Shown here: positions 1 to 8,052 of the stretch, piece by piece
How positions within the stretch are numbered: the stretch's first letter is position 1
How the letters are laid out: each line of letters opens with the position of its first letter
DNA from: an uncultured Planctomycetales bacterium
GTDB taxonomy: Bacteria; Omnitrophota; Gorgyraeia; Zapsychrales; CAYRXT01
DNA: 64,000 bases
NCBI GenBank assembly: GCA_964428315.1
Contig: CAYRXT010000007.1
Location: forward strand, 5,407 to 69,406
Direction of reading: 5' to 3'
The notes under the pieces: model-generated
Seen by the model: only the letters and a program-made list of their open reading frames with translations
The model's database searches: none
Told to the model about the DNA's origin: nothing
Made by a program: the position numbers and the translations under genes

Positions 1-500
1 TCGAGCCAGTTGACGCCGGCCGTCGTCAGTTCGGCCAGGTTGTCCCAGTTGATCGTCTCGTCCCAGTTGACGCCGGCGCCGCTCATGTAGGCGATGTCGT
101 ACCAGTTCACACCGGCCTCGCTCATGAACTCCAGGTCCTCCCAGTTAATGCCGCTGTCGCTCAGGACATCCAGGTCCGCCCAGTTGACGCCGGCGTCGGA
201 CATCACGTCGATGTCCAGCCAGTTGATCCCGGCATCGGAGAGGTCATTGATGCTGGTCCAGTTGATACCCTTGTCCGAGAGGATGTCGATATCCGCCCAG
301 TTGATGCCGGCGTCCGACATGTCGTTGACCGCGGTCCAGTTGATGCCCTTGTCGAACATGATGTCCAGGTCCGCCCAGTTCACGCCCGCGTCGCTCATGA
401 TGTCGATATCGAGCCAGTTGATGCCCGCCTCGGTGAGCTCGTAGATATCGTCCCAGTTGATCCCGGCCGCGGTCATGTCCGCGAGATCGCTCCAGGTGAC
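1..500 (-). repeat. Tandem 39-bp coding repeats encoding at least 12 copies of a 13-residue motif [S/T][D/E]AG[I/V]NW.D[I/L]D[I/V][M/L]. The array continues past the window edge. More degenerate NW units extend to about 720.
   Basis: The plus strand shows a periodic (c)cagttga(t/c)gccggc core every 39 nt. Translation reads ...TAAGINWDDIYELTEAGINWLDIDIMSDAGVNWADLDIMFDKGINWTAVNDMSDAGINWADIDILSDKGINWTSINDLSDAGINWLDIDVMSDAGVNWADLDVLSDSGINWEDLEFMSEAGVNWYDIAYMSGAGVNWDETINWDNLAELTTAGVNWL. Confidence 0.65.
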
Positions 501-3500
501 GTTGGCCTTGCTCAGCACCTCGATATCGTCCCAGTTGACGGGATCCATCTTGTCGGTGGTGGTCTTGATGCTGTCGGTGGTCGACTGGATGACCCCGACC
601 TGGTCCCAGTTGATGGTGTCGGTCACCGCCTTGATGGCGTCCACATTGGTGTCTATGGTATCGATCTTGGAATCGATCGTCGATATATCGCTCCAGTCGA
701 TGGTGTCGGTCTTGGCCTTGATGTCCGCCAGCTGGGAGGCGGTGACCGCGTAGAGCAGGCACTTGTCGTAGGTGGACCCGCCGTAGGAGATCTCCACGCA
801 GACCGAATACTCGTCGTCCAGGTCCGAGGGTGTCCAGCCGGTATAACTCTCGTAATCGAAATCGTCGCCGTCCGTCTTGGTCATCTCAAGCGAATCGCAG
901 TCACCGGGACACCCCGTATCCACCGCCCCGCTCCCCTGGTAGATGGTCAGGGTCCCGCTGGCCGCCTCCAGGTCCGCGACATAGCCGCCGTCATCGGAGA
1001 GCATGGCGCGGACCTCCCAGTTGTCGGCCGACTCGTCGTAGATGACGACGACATCGGCCACAGTCCCGCCCCCTCCGCTGCTGCCGCCGGTATTCGCGAT
1101 ATCCCGGACATTGTAGACCGCGTTGGAGGTGTAAGAGACCGCGCCGTTGCCGTCGTCGTAGGAAATGGTCACCACACCGTAGTAGATGTCGCTGGAATCC
1201 AAAGGCATCCAGCTGCCGTAACTGAAGATGTCATTCGCGTCCGGGTTGCCGATATCCGCCACCGTTGCGAGTTCCTCGGTCCCGTCGGGCTCATAAATCG
1301 TCAGTGAACAGGTGTCGTCGTTGTCCACGTCCACCACGTCCTGGTGGCCCTGCAGCCAGCATTTGACATAATAGGTCGACGCGGAATCGTCGTAAACGAC
1401 CTCGGACTTGACCTCCGTCGAAGGCAGGATGTCGAAGGCGCTGGAGGTCGCTGATGAGAGCCCCCCCGATGTGGCCGAAAGGTCGTAGTCGTTGCCGGCC
1501 CGGGTGATCCGCAGGTCGTTGAACGTGGCCACGCCGCTGGAAACGGTCTGCGTCAACGTCCCCAATAAAACACCGCTGGACGGGTTGGTGTTGATGGCGA
1601 CCGTGACGTTCGTCGAGTTGTCCTGCGCGATCACGGCGTTGTTGGAATCCCTCACCTGCACCTGCGGAAAATCCTGCAGGACGTCGAACTGGTAGGAATC
1701 TCCGGGGGACGTGCTGAAGTTCAGATTGTTGGGCCCCAGGAGCGTGGTCGTGCCCGATATGGCCACGGAACCCGAGGTGCTGACTGTCCCGGAGCTGAGG
1801 GTCACATCCGAGGGGGGATCATTGATGGATATCTCCACGGTCTCGCTGTCCGAGGCGCTGGAGGTCACATCCAGGACCGCGTAAACGCACAGGGCCTGCG
1901 TGGAAGAAATCTCGACCGAATCCGAAAAGGCCGAGGTCCCGTTGGCCGCGCTGAACCCGTCGGTATCGGTCGATCCGTACTGGGACTCGCCGCCGCCGTA
2001 GCTTTCCGAGGCGCAGTCATACGGCGAGGAGGTGTCCAGGTCGTAGTACAGCTTGATATTGTCCAGCCCGGTGGAGGCGTCCACGGTACCGCCTTCGGTG
2101 ATGGTGATGCCGGTAACGTTGCGCGCGGCGCTGTTTTCGGTGATCGTGAAGGCGCCGCCGATGTACTCGTTGACGTCGGGGATCTGCAGGCTGGCGGTCT
2201 GGGAGCCCGAAGTGCTGACCTCGGTCACTGCGAAAAACTCATCCGCGCCGATATCCGGCTGGGAGCTATCACGGCTGTCACCGTCGATGTCATCGGTAAT
2301 GGCAAGGTTGGAGTCTTCATCGAGGTCAGCCCCGTAGCTCCCCCATAAGGAATTAGAGTCATTTTTTAGGTGAAAATCTTCTGACCCTGCGGTTACGCTC
2401 TGAAAATAATCCGAATACGATGTCTGTTCCGTTACTCCATTAGCAAGGCTTGCTGAACTTGCCGATGTATCTGACGATACATTATTGGTAGAACCGGAAC
2501 CCCACGCCTGACCATCAAAATCAGAATTTGAATTATTGAGACAGACGTTGTTTTTTGCATAAAGCGTCGTCGTAGTCCCTCCAATATCCAAACCGTCATA
2601 GCTATCATAAACCGTGTTGTTATATATATAGGCCGTAGCCGTCCCCGTCACCCAAATACCCGCCCCCGAAGTAATTCCACGCAAGTAAACGATATTATTC
2701 CATATCTTCGCGACAACATCAGAATCTCCAAAAGAAATTCCCGTTGCAGAATTCGAAAAACTATTCGCATAAAGGATATTGTTAGAAACACGCAAATCAT
2801 TATTTGCAGAAATAGACTGATCACAAATTAAATAAGGATTGGAATATGTATCGTTGGACACTTTGATCTGTAACCCGTCAACACGCACATAATCATCGCG
2901 TATCCTAAAAATACGTTCATCATCTCCCGCTAAAGTCCTCTCTATACGATAGGCATCAGTATCATCCCACACACCCGCATGACGCTGACTGGTTCCCACC
3001 TCAGAAGTCTCTGTAGGCGTGTAAACATGAATATAATTAGCGGGACCTGTTGTATACCCATCGATATTGACCGTATTCGTATCCGCCCCGTCCCCATAAC
3101 AGGGCCAGTGCAGGACATATCCTTCCGTCAAGTCAGACGTATTCAAATAACTCGCGTCATCAGAATCATCCTCGGCACCGTCACCACCGCCGAGCGAATT
3201 AAACGCGCGTGAGATGGAATTGACGGTTACATCGGTCACGTCCGACGGCGTGTGTCCGGTAGCCGTGATGACGCTGTAGACGGTAGCGCTGGTGCGGCCC
3301 GAAATATAGGCGATCTTGTTGTCCGTATCATAGTCGATCTCATCGCCGACGCCCACATTATCGGCCTGGTCTTCGTCAAAGGTCGCCGTGCCGTCGGAAA
3401 TCGTCACCGTTAAGGTATCGGCGGTGGTCTTGAGATCTGAGGTGGACGTCCCCACCGAATAATACACGTTGACCACGTTCTCGTAAGACGAGCTGTATTC

Positions 3501-5633
3501 GTCGGCGCCGATGTCCGGGGCCGAGCTGTCGCGGGACTCGCCGTCGATGTCATCGGTCACGGCCAGGTTCGCATCCTCATCCAAGTCGGTCCCGTTGCCG
3601 CCCCACAGATTACTCGCCGTATCCCTCAGGTGCAGGTCCTCAAGCCCGTCGACGGTGATCCAGAAATAGTCCGTGTAACTCGACTGGCTGTCCACACTGC
3701 CGGTGCCGTCGGCGGTGGTGTCAGAGGCAACGTTGTAGGACTGGGTCATGGTGCCATCATAGCAATACTCATAGCTATTAGTCGAATCAACGTCGCCGAC
3801 ATAATTATTTGTGGCGGTTAACGTCCCCGCAGTAGCCCGCTGAATACCTCGTGCATTACCGCCTGTCGCTCCGCTTTGTTTAATATCGAACACCGTATTG
3901 TTGTAAAAATACGCGTTCAGAGTATTTCCAGCTTCATACACCATGAGCGCCGAAACATATGAATCACTATGTGCCGACACATTGGTCAGACTATAAATAA
4001 GCGTATTGCTCACTTTGAATGTTCCGCTTGTCCCGTATACCCCGCGGACACGGCTCTGATCCGTGTCATCAACCGTCGAATTGGTCAGGTCATGCACAAT
4101 ACAATGGGTCACCCGGACATCACTGGAAGCACTGGTACTGCCAACATAAATACCATTGAGCCCCTCGGCATTCGTAATACTGCTTCCGTCAATCTCTATC
4201 CCTTCAAACCGAACATAGTCCTCGTGATTCAGAATTATGTGATGGAAAGCACGGTCCGGACTGCTGGTTTCCTGCTGTATCCGAAATCCGGTACCGGCAA
4301 TACCGGTATGCCTCTGGCTCGCACCTACCTCAGAGGTGCCGTCAGGCGCGTATAATCGGATATATGTTTTGGGACCTGTCGTATACCCGTCGATGGTAAC
4401 CTGGTCATCAAGAGCCCCGTCGTTGTAACAGGGCCAGTGCAGGCGGTAATCGTTGGCCTGCAGGTCGGTGAGATTGAGATAACTCGCGTCGTCAGAGTCA
4501 TCTTCGGCGTCGGTCAGCGTGGTGAAAGTGCGGGTTATGGAGTTGACTGTGGCATCGGTCACATCCGAAGGCACGGCACCCGTGGCAGTAGTCACGGTAT
4601 AGACGGTGGAGCTGGTGCGGCCCGAGATATAGGCGTAGTTCGAGGTGTTGTAGGTGATCTTGTCACCCACCCCGACGTTATCGGCCTGGGCCTCGTCAAA
4701 GGTGGCCGTGCCGTCGGAGATCGTCACCGTTAAAGTGTCGGCGGTGGTCTTGAGATCCGATTCGTCCGTCCCCACCGAATAGTACACGTCCTTGACGACC
4801 AGGCCGTTGTCGTAGATATCCTTGATCTCATCGGCGCTGAGCGCCCGGTCAAAAATACCGACTTCGTCGATCAGCCCGTCGAAATACATCAGTTCATTCC
4901 AGCCGCCTTTACCGATCAAAAAACTGCGGCTGGAATTGTTGATGCCGCCGGAATAGGTCTGTGGATTATCCGATCCGTTGGAGTCAAGTTCCCCATCGAC
5001 ATAGATGCGGATGTCGGTCCCGTTATAGACCCCGGCAACATGATACCATGTCCCGGTCGAAAGGGTTGTCCCTCCGCTGGCGGTCGTGGTCGCGCTGCCG
5101 TCAGATGATAACGTCATACGCACATCCAAACCGCTTTCCACAAAAAACATGTAGGCCTTTTCATTGCCGGATGTCAAATATTTGTTAACAATAAACTGGT
5201 CGCTTCCGGTGTCGCTCTCCAACCGTATCCAGGCGCATATAGTCATACTGCCGGTAATGTCCAGTCCGGTCTGGCTCCCGTCTGTTATCTCCAGGTATTC
5301 GGTGTCTCCGGCCTCAAAATCAGCGCTGTAATTTCCCTGCTGGTAGGTGGAGGAGCGATCGATGGTGCCGGAGGTCTCTGAGAGGTCATTATCATTAGAG
5401 GTCTCATCATAGCGGGTGCCGGTCTCCTCGAAGAGCCAGATGCCCTGGGCGTTGTCGTCGTCGGCGTAGTTGGTGGCGAAGGCGTGTCCCGAGAGGCCGA
5501 GCACGGCCGCGGCGGCCAGCGCGGACACAAGAAGGCCCCGTGTCCATGCGTTGCCACGGCACGAAATCCTTTCGGACCTTGTCTTTCCTGATTGAAGACA
5601 AATAGTTTTTATTAATTTAAATAAAGAATCCAA
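1..5633 (-). CDS. Giant secreted multidomain surface (adhesin/S-layer-like) protein, partial because the C-terminus runs off the window start. Domains N-to-C: signal peptide; LamG/ConA-like lectin domain; two tandem ~420-aa parallel beta-helix modules; Ig-like region; 13-aa NW tandem repeats.
   Basis: Continuous minus-strand reading frame (codons on plus positions 3k..3k+2) with no stop between 5637 and position 1, hand-translated at both ends and through the middle. The other two minus frames and all plus frames show only short ORFs in the track. N-terminus ...RGLLVSALAAAAVLGLSGHAFA is a signal peptide with AXA cleavage. The first in-frame start is TTG at 5631-5633, after a TAA at 5637-5639; the start codon is uncertain. 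LamG motif ...TGTWYHVAGVYNGTDIRIYVDGEL...FDGLIDEVGIFDRALSADEI. Beta-helix PbH1-type turns NNTVFD, NNIVY, NNTVYD, NNVCLNNS. Both modules end ...DIDG(E/D)SRDSS.PDIGADE. Confidence 0.6.
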   Translation of the reverse strand, partial: MDSLFKLIKTICLQSGKTRSERISCRGNAWTRGLLVSALAAAAVLGLSGHAFATNYADDDNAQGIWLFEETGTRYDETSNDNDLSETSGTIDRSSTYQQGNYSADFEAGDTEYLEITDGSQTGLDITGSMTICAWIRLESDTGSDQFIVNKYLTSGNEKAYMFFVESGLDVRMTLSSDGSATTTASGGTTLSTGTWYHVAGVYNGTDIRIYVDGELDSNGSDNPQTYSGGINNSSRSFLIGKGGWNELMYFDGLIDEVGIFDRALSADEIKDIYDNGLVVKDVYYSVGTDESDLKTTADTLTVTISDGTATFDEAQADNVGVGDKITYNTSNYAYISGRTSSTVYTVTTATGAVPSDVTDATVNSITRTFTTLTDAEDDSDDASYLNLTDLQANDYRLHWPCYNDGALDDQVTIDGYTTGPKTYIRLYAPDGTSEVGASQRHTGIAGTGFRIQQETSSPDRAFHHIILNHEDYVRFEGIEIDGSSITNAEGLNGIYVGSTSASSDVRVTHCIVHDLTNSTVDDTDQSRVRGVYGTSGTFKVSNTLIYSLTNVSAHSDSYVSALMVYEAGNTLNAYFYNNTVFDIKQSGATGGNARGIQRATAGTLTATNNYVGDVDSTNSYEYCYDGTMTQSYNVASDTTADGTGSVDSQSSYTDYFWITVDGLEDLHLRDTASNLWGGNGTDLDEDANLAVTDDIDGESRDSSAPDIGADEYSSSYENVVNVYYSVGTSTSDLKTTADTLTVTISDGTATFDEDQADNVGVGDEIDYDTDNKIAYISGRTSATVYSVITATGHTPSDVTDVTVNSISRAFNSLGGGDGAEDDSDDASYLNTSDLTEGYVLHWPCYGDGADTNTVNIDGYTTGPANYIHVYTPTETSEVGTSQRHAGVWDDTDAYRIERTLAGDDERIFRIRDDYVRVDGLQIKVSNDTYSNPYLICDQSISANNDLRVSNNILYANSFSNSATGISFGDSDVVAKIWNNIVYLRGITSGAGIWVTGTATAYIYNNTVYDSYDGLDIGGTTTTLYAKNNVCLNNSNSDFDGQAWGSGSTNNVSSDTSASSASLANGVTEQTSYSDYFQSVTAGSEDFHLKNDSNSLWGSYGADLDEDSNLAITDDIDGDSRDSSQPDIGADEFFAVTEVSTSGSQTASLQIPDVNEYIGGAFTITENSAARNVTGITITEGGTVDASTGLDNIKLYYDLDTSSPYDCASESYGGGESQYGSTDTDGFSAANGTSAFSDSVEISSTQALCVYAVLDVTSSASDSETVEISINDPPSDVTLSSGTVSTSGSVAISGTTTLLGPNNLNFSTSPGDSYQFDVLQDFPQVQVRDSNNAVIAQDNSTNVTVAINTNPSSGVLLGTLTQTVSSGVATFNDLRITRAGNDYDLSATSGGLSSATSSAFDILPSTEVKSEVVYDDSASTYYVKCWLQGHQDVVDVDNDDTCSLTIYEPDGTEELATVADIGNPDANDIFSYGSWMPLDSSDIYYGVVTISYDDGNGAVSYTSNAVYNVRDIANTGGSSGGGGTVADVVVIYDESADNWEVRAMLSDDGGYVADLEAASGTLTIYQGSGAVDTGCPGDCDSLEMTKTDGDDFDYESYTGWTPSDLDDEYSVCVEISYGGSTYDKCLLYAVTASQLADIKAKTDTIDWSDISTIDSKIDTIDTNVDAIKAVTDTINWDQVGVIQSTTDSIKTTTDKMDPVNWDDIEVLSKANVTWSDLADMTAAGINWDDIYELTEAGINWLDIDIMSDAGVNWADLDIMFDKGINWTAVNDMSDAGINWADIDILSDKGINWTSINDLSDAGINWLDIDVMSDAGVNWADLDVLSDSGINWEDLEFMSEAGVNWYDIAYMSGAGVNWDETINWDNLAELTTAGVNWL
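2232..4790 (-). repeat. Intragenic tandem duplication: two ~1.29-kb copies (about 2232..3496 and 3497..4790), each encoding one beta-helix module of the giant protein.
   Basis: Near-identical DNA blocks, for example 3330-3440 vs 4640-4750 (…tcggcctgg.c.tcgtcaaaggt.gccgtgccgtcgga.atcgtcaccgttaa.gt.tcggcggtggtcttgagatc…). Both protein copies begin VYYSVGT..SDLKTTADTLTVTISDGTATFDE and end PDIGADE. Confidence 0.55.
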
Positions 5634-5989
5634 CGGTTACAGAACCCCTCGGTTCAGGCGGCCGGGCAGAAACCGCCGGCGGCCGGTCCGTTAACGTGTG
5701 TTTTATCCTGAAGGCGGGTTTGAGGTGAGCTGCAAAACTCGAAAGACAATATTAAGAAATAAGGAAAAAAATAATGCCGGTTTGCGTCCAAAGAAAGAAC
5801 AACCGCGCAGGCTCGGGTTTTGTCTCTCACTCTTCGCCCAATCCGTTAACATCAAGGTGTTGTCAACGTAAAAAATATAGCATCGATTGTTGAATGGGCA
5901 ATGCCCGGAACACAGAAATTCCCATTGAAAAGAAAGCGTTTTTATCTTTTTTACGGCTCCAAACCAATTGAAAACAAAGCCTTATACGA

Positions 5990-6024
5990 AAAACCGGTTC
6001 CACCTACGAGGTGGAACCGGTTTT
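5990..6024. repeat. REP-like hairpin, left flank of the RAYT.
   Basis: aaaaccggttccacc-tacga-ggtggaaccggtttt: a 15-bp perfect inverted repeat with a 5-nt loop. Confidence 0.8.
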
Positions 6025-6700
6025 ACTCCAAAATCGCCTTTTTGATCCTTGACAGCTCCCGCTGGTAACCGACCTGGTCTTCGACGAACGTCTTGTACGC
6101 ACCCGGATTTATATCAACGATATGGTCAAACTGACATAAAGAATCCGGGCGGTCCCGTTCAATATACTCCCGGTACGAGGAATAACGCCATTCCTCCGGA
6201 TAGTCGACCAGATGCGCGGTCACGGGATTCAGGTGGATATAGCGCGTCACATGCAAAAGGACCTCGTCTGTATCCACCAGGACTTTGCGCGTGCGCCCCT
6301 GCCACAGCGGCCCCTGCCGTTTATGCCGGAGGTTGAAATACCGGGAATAACTGTTGAGCACATCGCTCGTGTACCGTGGCAGGCTCTCCTCTTTGGTTTC
6401 CTCGACCAGAAGATGGAAATGCGTCGGCATAAGGCAATAGGCGATAAGACGGATACGCCTGCTCCGGTGGTTCCGCGGCGGGGAGGCCCCGCCCTTTGCG
6501 GGTCCGGTCCTGCGCCCCGGTGAGACGGGATGCATCCGGCGATAAAGAGAAAATTTCTGAGGCGGCTTTTTCAGCTGATAATAGTCCAGGGCATCGGTCA
6601 TGCGCATGTATTCGGCGTTGTTATTGAAGATCTTGTACCGGGCGATGCTCCGGTTAAAGACATGATAGACGGCGTTCATGGGAAGTTTTTTACGTTCCAC
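6023..6700 (-). CDS. REP-associated tyrosine transposase (RAYT) / IS200-like Y1 HUH transposase.
   Basis: Motifs YHVFNRS...IF, HUH motif LIAYCLMPTHFHLLVEE, GPLWQGRTRKVLVDTDEVLLHVTRYIHLNPV (catalytic Tyr region) and EEWRYSSYREY. The track start is GTG at 6700; ATG at 6679 (MNAVYHVFNRS) is the more likely start. The stop overlaps the left hairpin. Confidence 0.75.
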   Translation of the reverse strand: MERKKLPMNAVYHVFNRSIARYKIFNNNAEYMRMTDALDYYQLKKPPQKFSLYRRMHPVSPGRRTGPAKGGASPPRNHRSRRIRLIAYCLMPTHFHLLVEETKEESLPRYTSDVLNSYSRYFNLRHKRQGPLWQGRTRKVLVDTDEVLLHVTRYIHLNPVTAHLVDYPEEWRYSSYREYIERDRPDSLCQFDHIVDINPGAYKTFVEDQVGYQRELSRIKKAILE

Positions 6701-6714
6701 CTACAAGGTGGAAC
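6694..6714. repeat. REP-like hairpin, right flank of the RAYT.
   Basis: gttccacc-tacaa-ggtggaac: an 8-bp inverted repeat with a 5-nt loop. It shares its core with the left hairpin and overlaps the track's GTG start. Confidence 0.75.
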
Positions 6715-6750
6715 CGGCATCAGGACGGAAAGGCATAACACAGCCGCGGC

Positions 6751-7965
6751 TCATTCCGTCAAAAACGGCGCGTTAATGATCACCGCCTTTTCCTCATCCA
6801 GCTCTTTCTCGGTCGGCGAATCGATCATGGACCGCATCTCCAGTTTCGCCTCCAGGATCTTCTCCTTGACCAGGTCGACATCGCCGGCGTTGGGCCTGAG
6901 ATAGAGATATTCCTGGTAATGCTTCAACGCCGTTTCCGTGTCCCCCAAAAATTCCCCGCTGACGAACGCCAGATTGTAATGCGCGGCCGCGTCATTGGGC
7001 ATGATCTCCAGGACCTTTTTATACTCGACCACGGACCGGCCGTAATCGCCGCGTTCATAGAAGAGATTCGCCAGGTTATAATGCAGGCGCGCCGAGTCCG
7101 CCCGCAGTTCCTGGTTTTCCGCGTTAAGCTGGCGGATCTTCTCCGCCGCGGTCTTGACGTCATCGCTCATGTCCTCAAAGGTGGTCTGGACTTCCTCCTC
7201 GAGCTTGTCCAGCAGTTCCAGCGACTCCCGGCGGAGTTCCTGGTTTTCCTCTTTAAGCGCCGCGATTCTCCGGTCGGTTTCGCGCTGGACGGTCTCCTGT
7301 TTTTCGATGGCGGCGGCACGCAGACGCTCGTTTTCTTCACTCAAAAAACTGATCCTCTCGGCGGCCATCTTCAGCCTGTCATCGGTTGCCTCCATGTCTC
7401 CGGGGTCCCAGAAGAGTCCCATCTGTTTAATCTTCTCTTTTTCCTTCTGCAGGGCACTCAGCTCGGCGATCTTATCATCCAGTTCCTTTTCCAGGCCCGC
7501 CATCCGGGCGTTGAGAGCCTCCAGCTCTTTGCCTGTCGACTCCCGGCTGTCGTCGAGCGCGTCGATCTCGGCCTGGAGGTCATCCCTCTGCCGGATGAGG
7601 TTGTTGATACGGTTTCGCCGGATGGTGCTCTGGCCGCGCAGTTCCTTCAGCTCGCTCTCAAGGGTCTTGCGCTCGTCGATCAGCTGTTTGTTCTCCTCCA
7701 GGGCGTTCCTGAGGCTCTGGTTGATGATCACCATCTGCTTTTCGTTGAGATCGAGTGCGGGGACATCCTCTCCAGCCGCCGGAAGCGCGTCATCATCCCC
7801 CACCGCCGTCTCGTCATCGACAGAAGGGGCGATCTGCTCGATCTGGATCTCCGTCTCAACCACCGCCCTCTCCTGGGCCAGCACGCACGGAACAATCAGC
7901 AGGCCAAGCGAAATACCAACACCCGTGCGGACCGCGGACCGCAAACCTTCACGCATTAAATCCAT
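6751..7965 (-). CDS. Secreted or membrane-anchored coiled-coil protein with C-terminal TPR repeats. It may be an MshN-like partner of the secretin.
   Basis: Long heptad-rich E/K/L/R segment (…ELKELRGQ…LQAEIDALDD…LEKELDDKIAELSALQKEKEK…) followed by TPR-like GDYGRSVVEYKKVLEIMPNDAAAHYNLAFV…ALKHYQEYLYLRPNAG. The preferred start is ATG 7965 (MDLMREGLRSAVRTGVGISLGLLIVPCVLAQ, signal-like), with a GAGGAAGGG RBS 5 nt upstream. The track ORF extends to 8025. Confidence 0.5.
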   Translation of the reverse strand: MDLMREGLRSAVRTGVGISLGLLIVPCVLAQERAVVETEIQIEQIAPSVDDETAVGDDDALPAAGEDVPALDLNEKQMVIINQSLRNALEENKQLIDERKTLESELKELRGQSTIRRNRINNLIRQRDDLQAEIDALDDSRESTGKELEALNARMAGLEKELDDKIAELSALQKEKEKIKQMGLFWDPGDMEATDDRLKMAAERISFLSEENERLRAAAIEKQETVQRETDRRIAALKEENQELRRESLELLDKLEEEVQTTFEDMSDDVKTAAEKIRQLNAENQELRADSARLHYNLANLFYERGDYGRSVVEYKKVLEIMPNDAAAHYNLAFVSGEFLGDTETALKHYQEYLYLRPNAGDVDLVKEKILEAKLEMRSMIDSPTEKELDEEKAVIINAPFLTE

Positions 7966-8052
7966 TAGCCCTTCCTCTTGTTTGTCCTTTTTGCTTTCTC
8001 GTCCCGCTGACGGGGAGCGTTTCACCCGGCAGGGAGAAGTGGTTTTCGAGCC

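Larger units (their letters stand above)
5990..6714 (-). mobile_element. REP-RAYT-REP unit: an IS200/IS605-family Y1 (HUH) transposase-like gene flanked by related palindromic hairpins.
   Basis: A Y1 transposase-like CDS is bracketed by hairpins sharing the core gttccacctac(g/a)aggtggaac. The left one is a 15-bp perfect stem with a 5-nt loop at 5990-6024. The right one is an 8-bp stem with a 5-nt loop at 6694-6714. The unit sits between the giant gene's upstream region and the stop of the coiled-coil gene. Confidence 0.7.

Noticed and set aside
1-760. CRISPR array
   Set aside because: The periodic repeats are 39 bp with no unique spacers, lie inside a continuous ORF and encode a 13-aa peptide repeat. 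There are no cas genes. It is not a CRISPR.
94-762. Short ORFs in alternate frames inside the repeat region (94..444 +, 244..762 -, 457..753 +)
   Set aside because: They are frame artefacts of the 39-bp periodic repeats and have repetitive nonsense composition. The real frame is the long minus ORF, which has no stop in the window.
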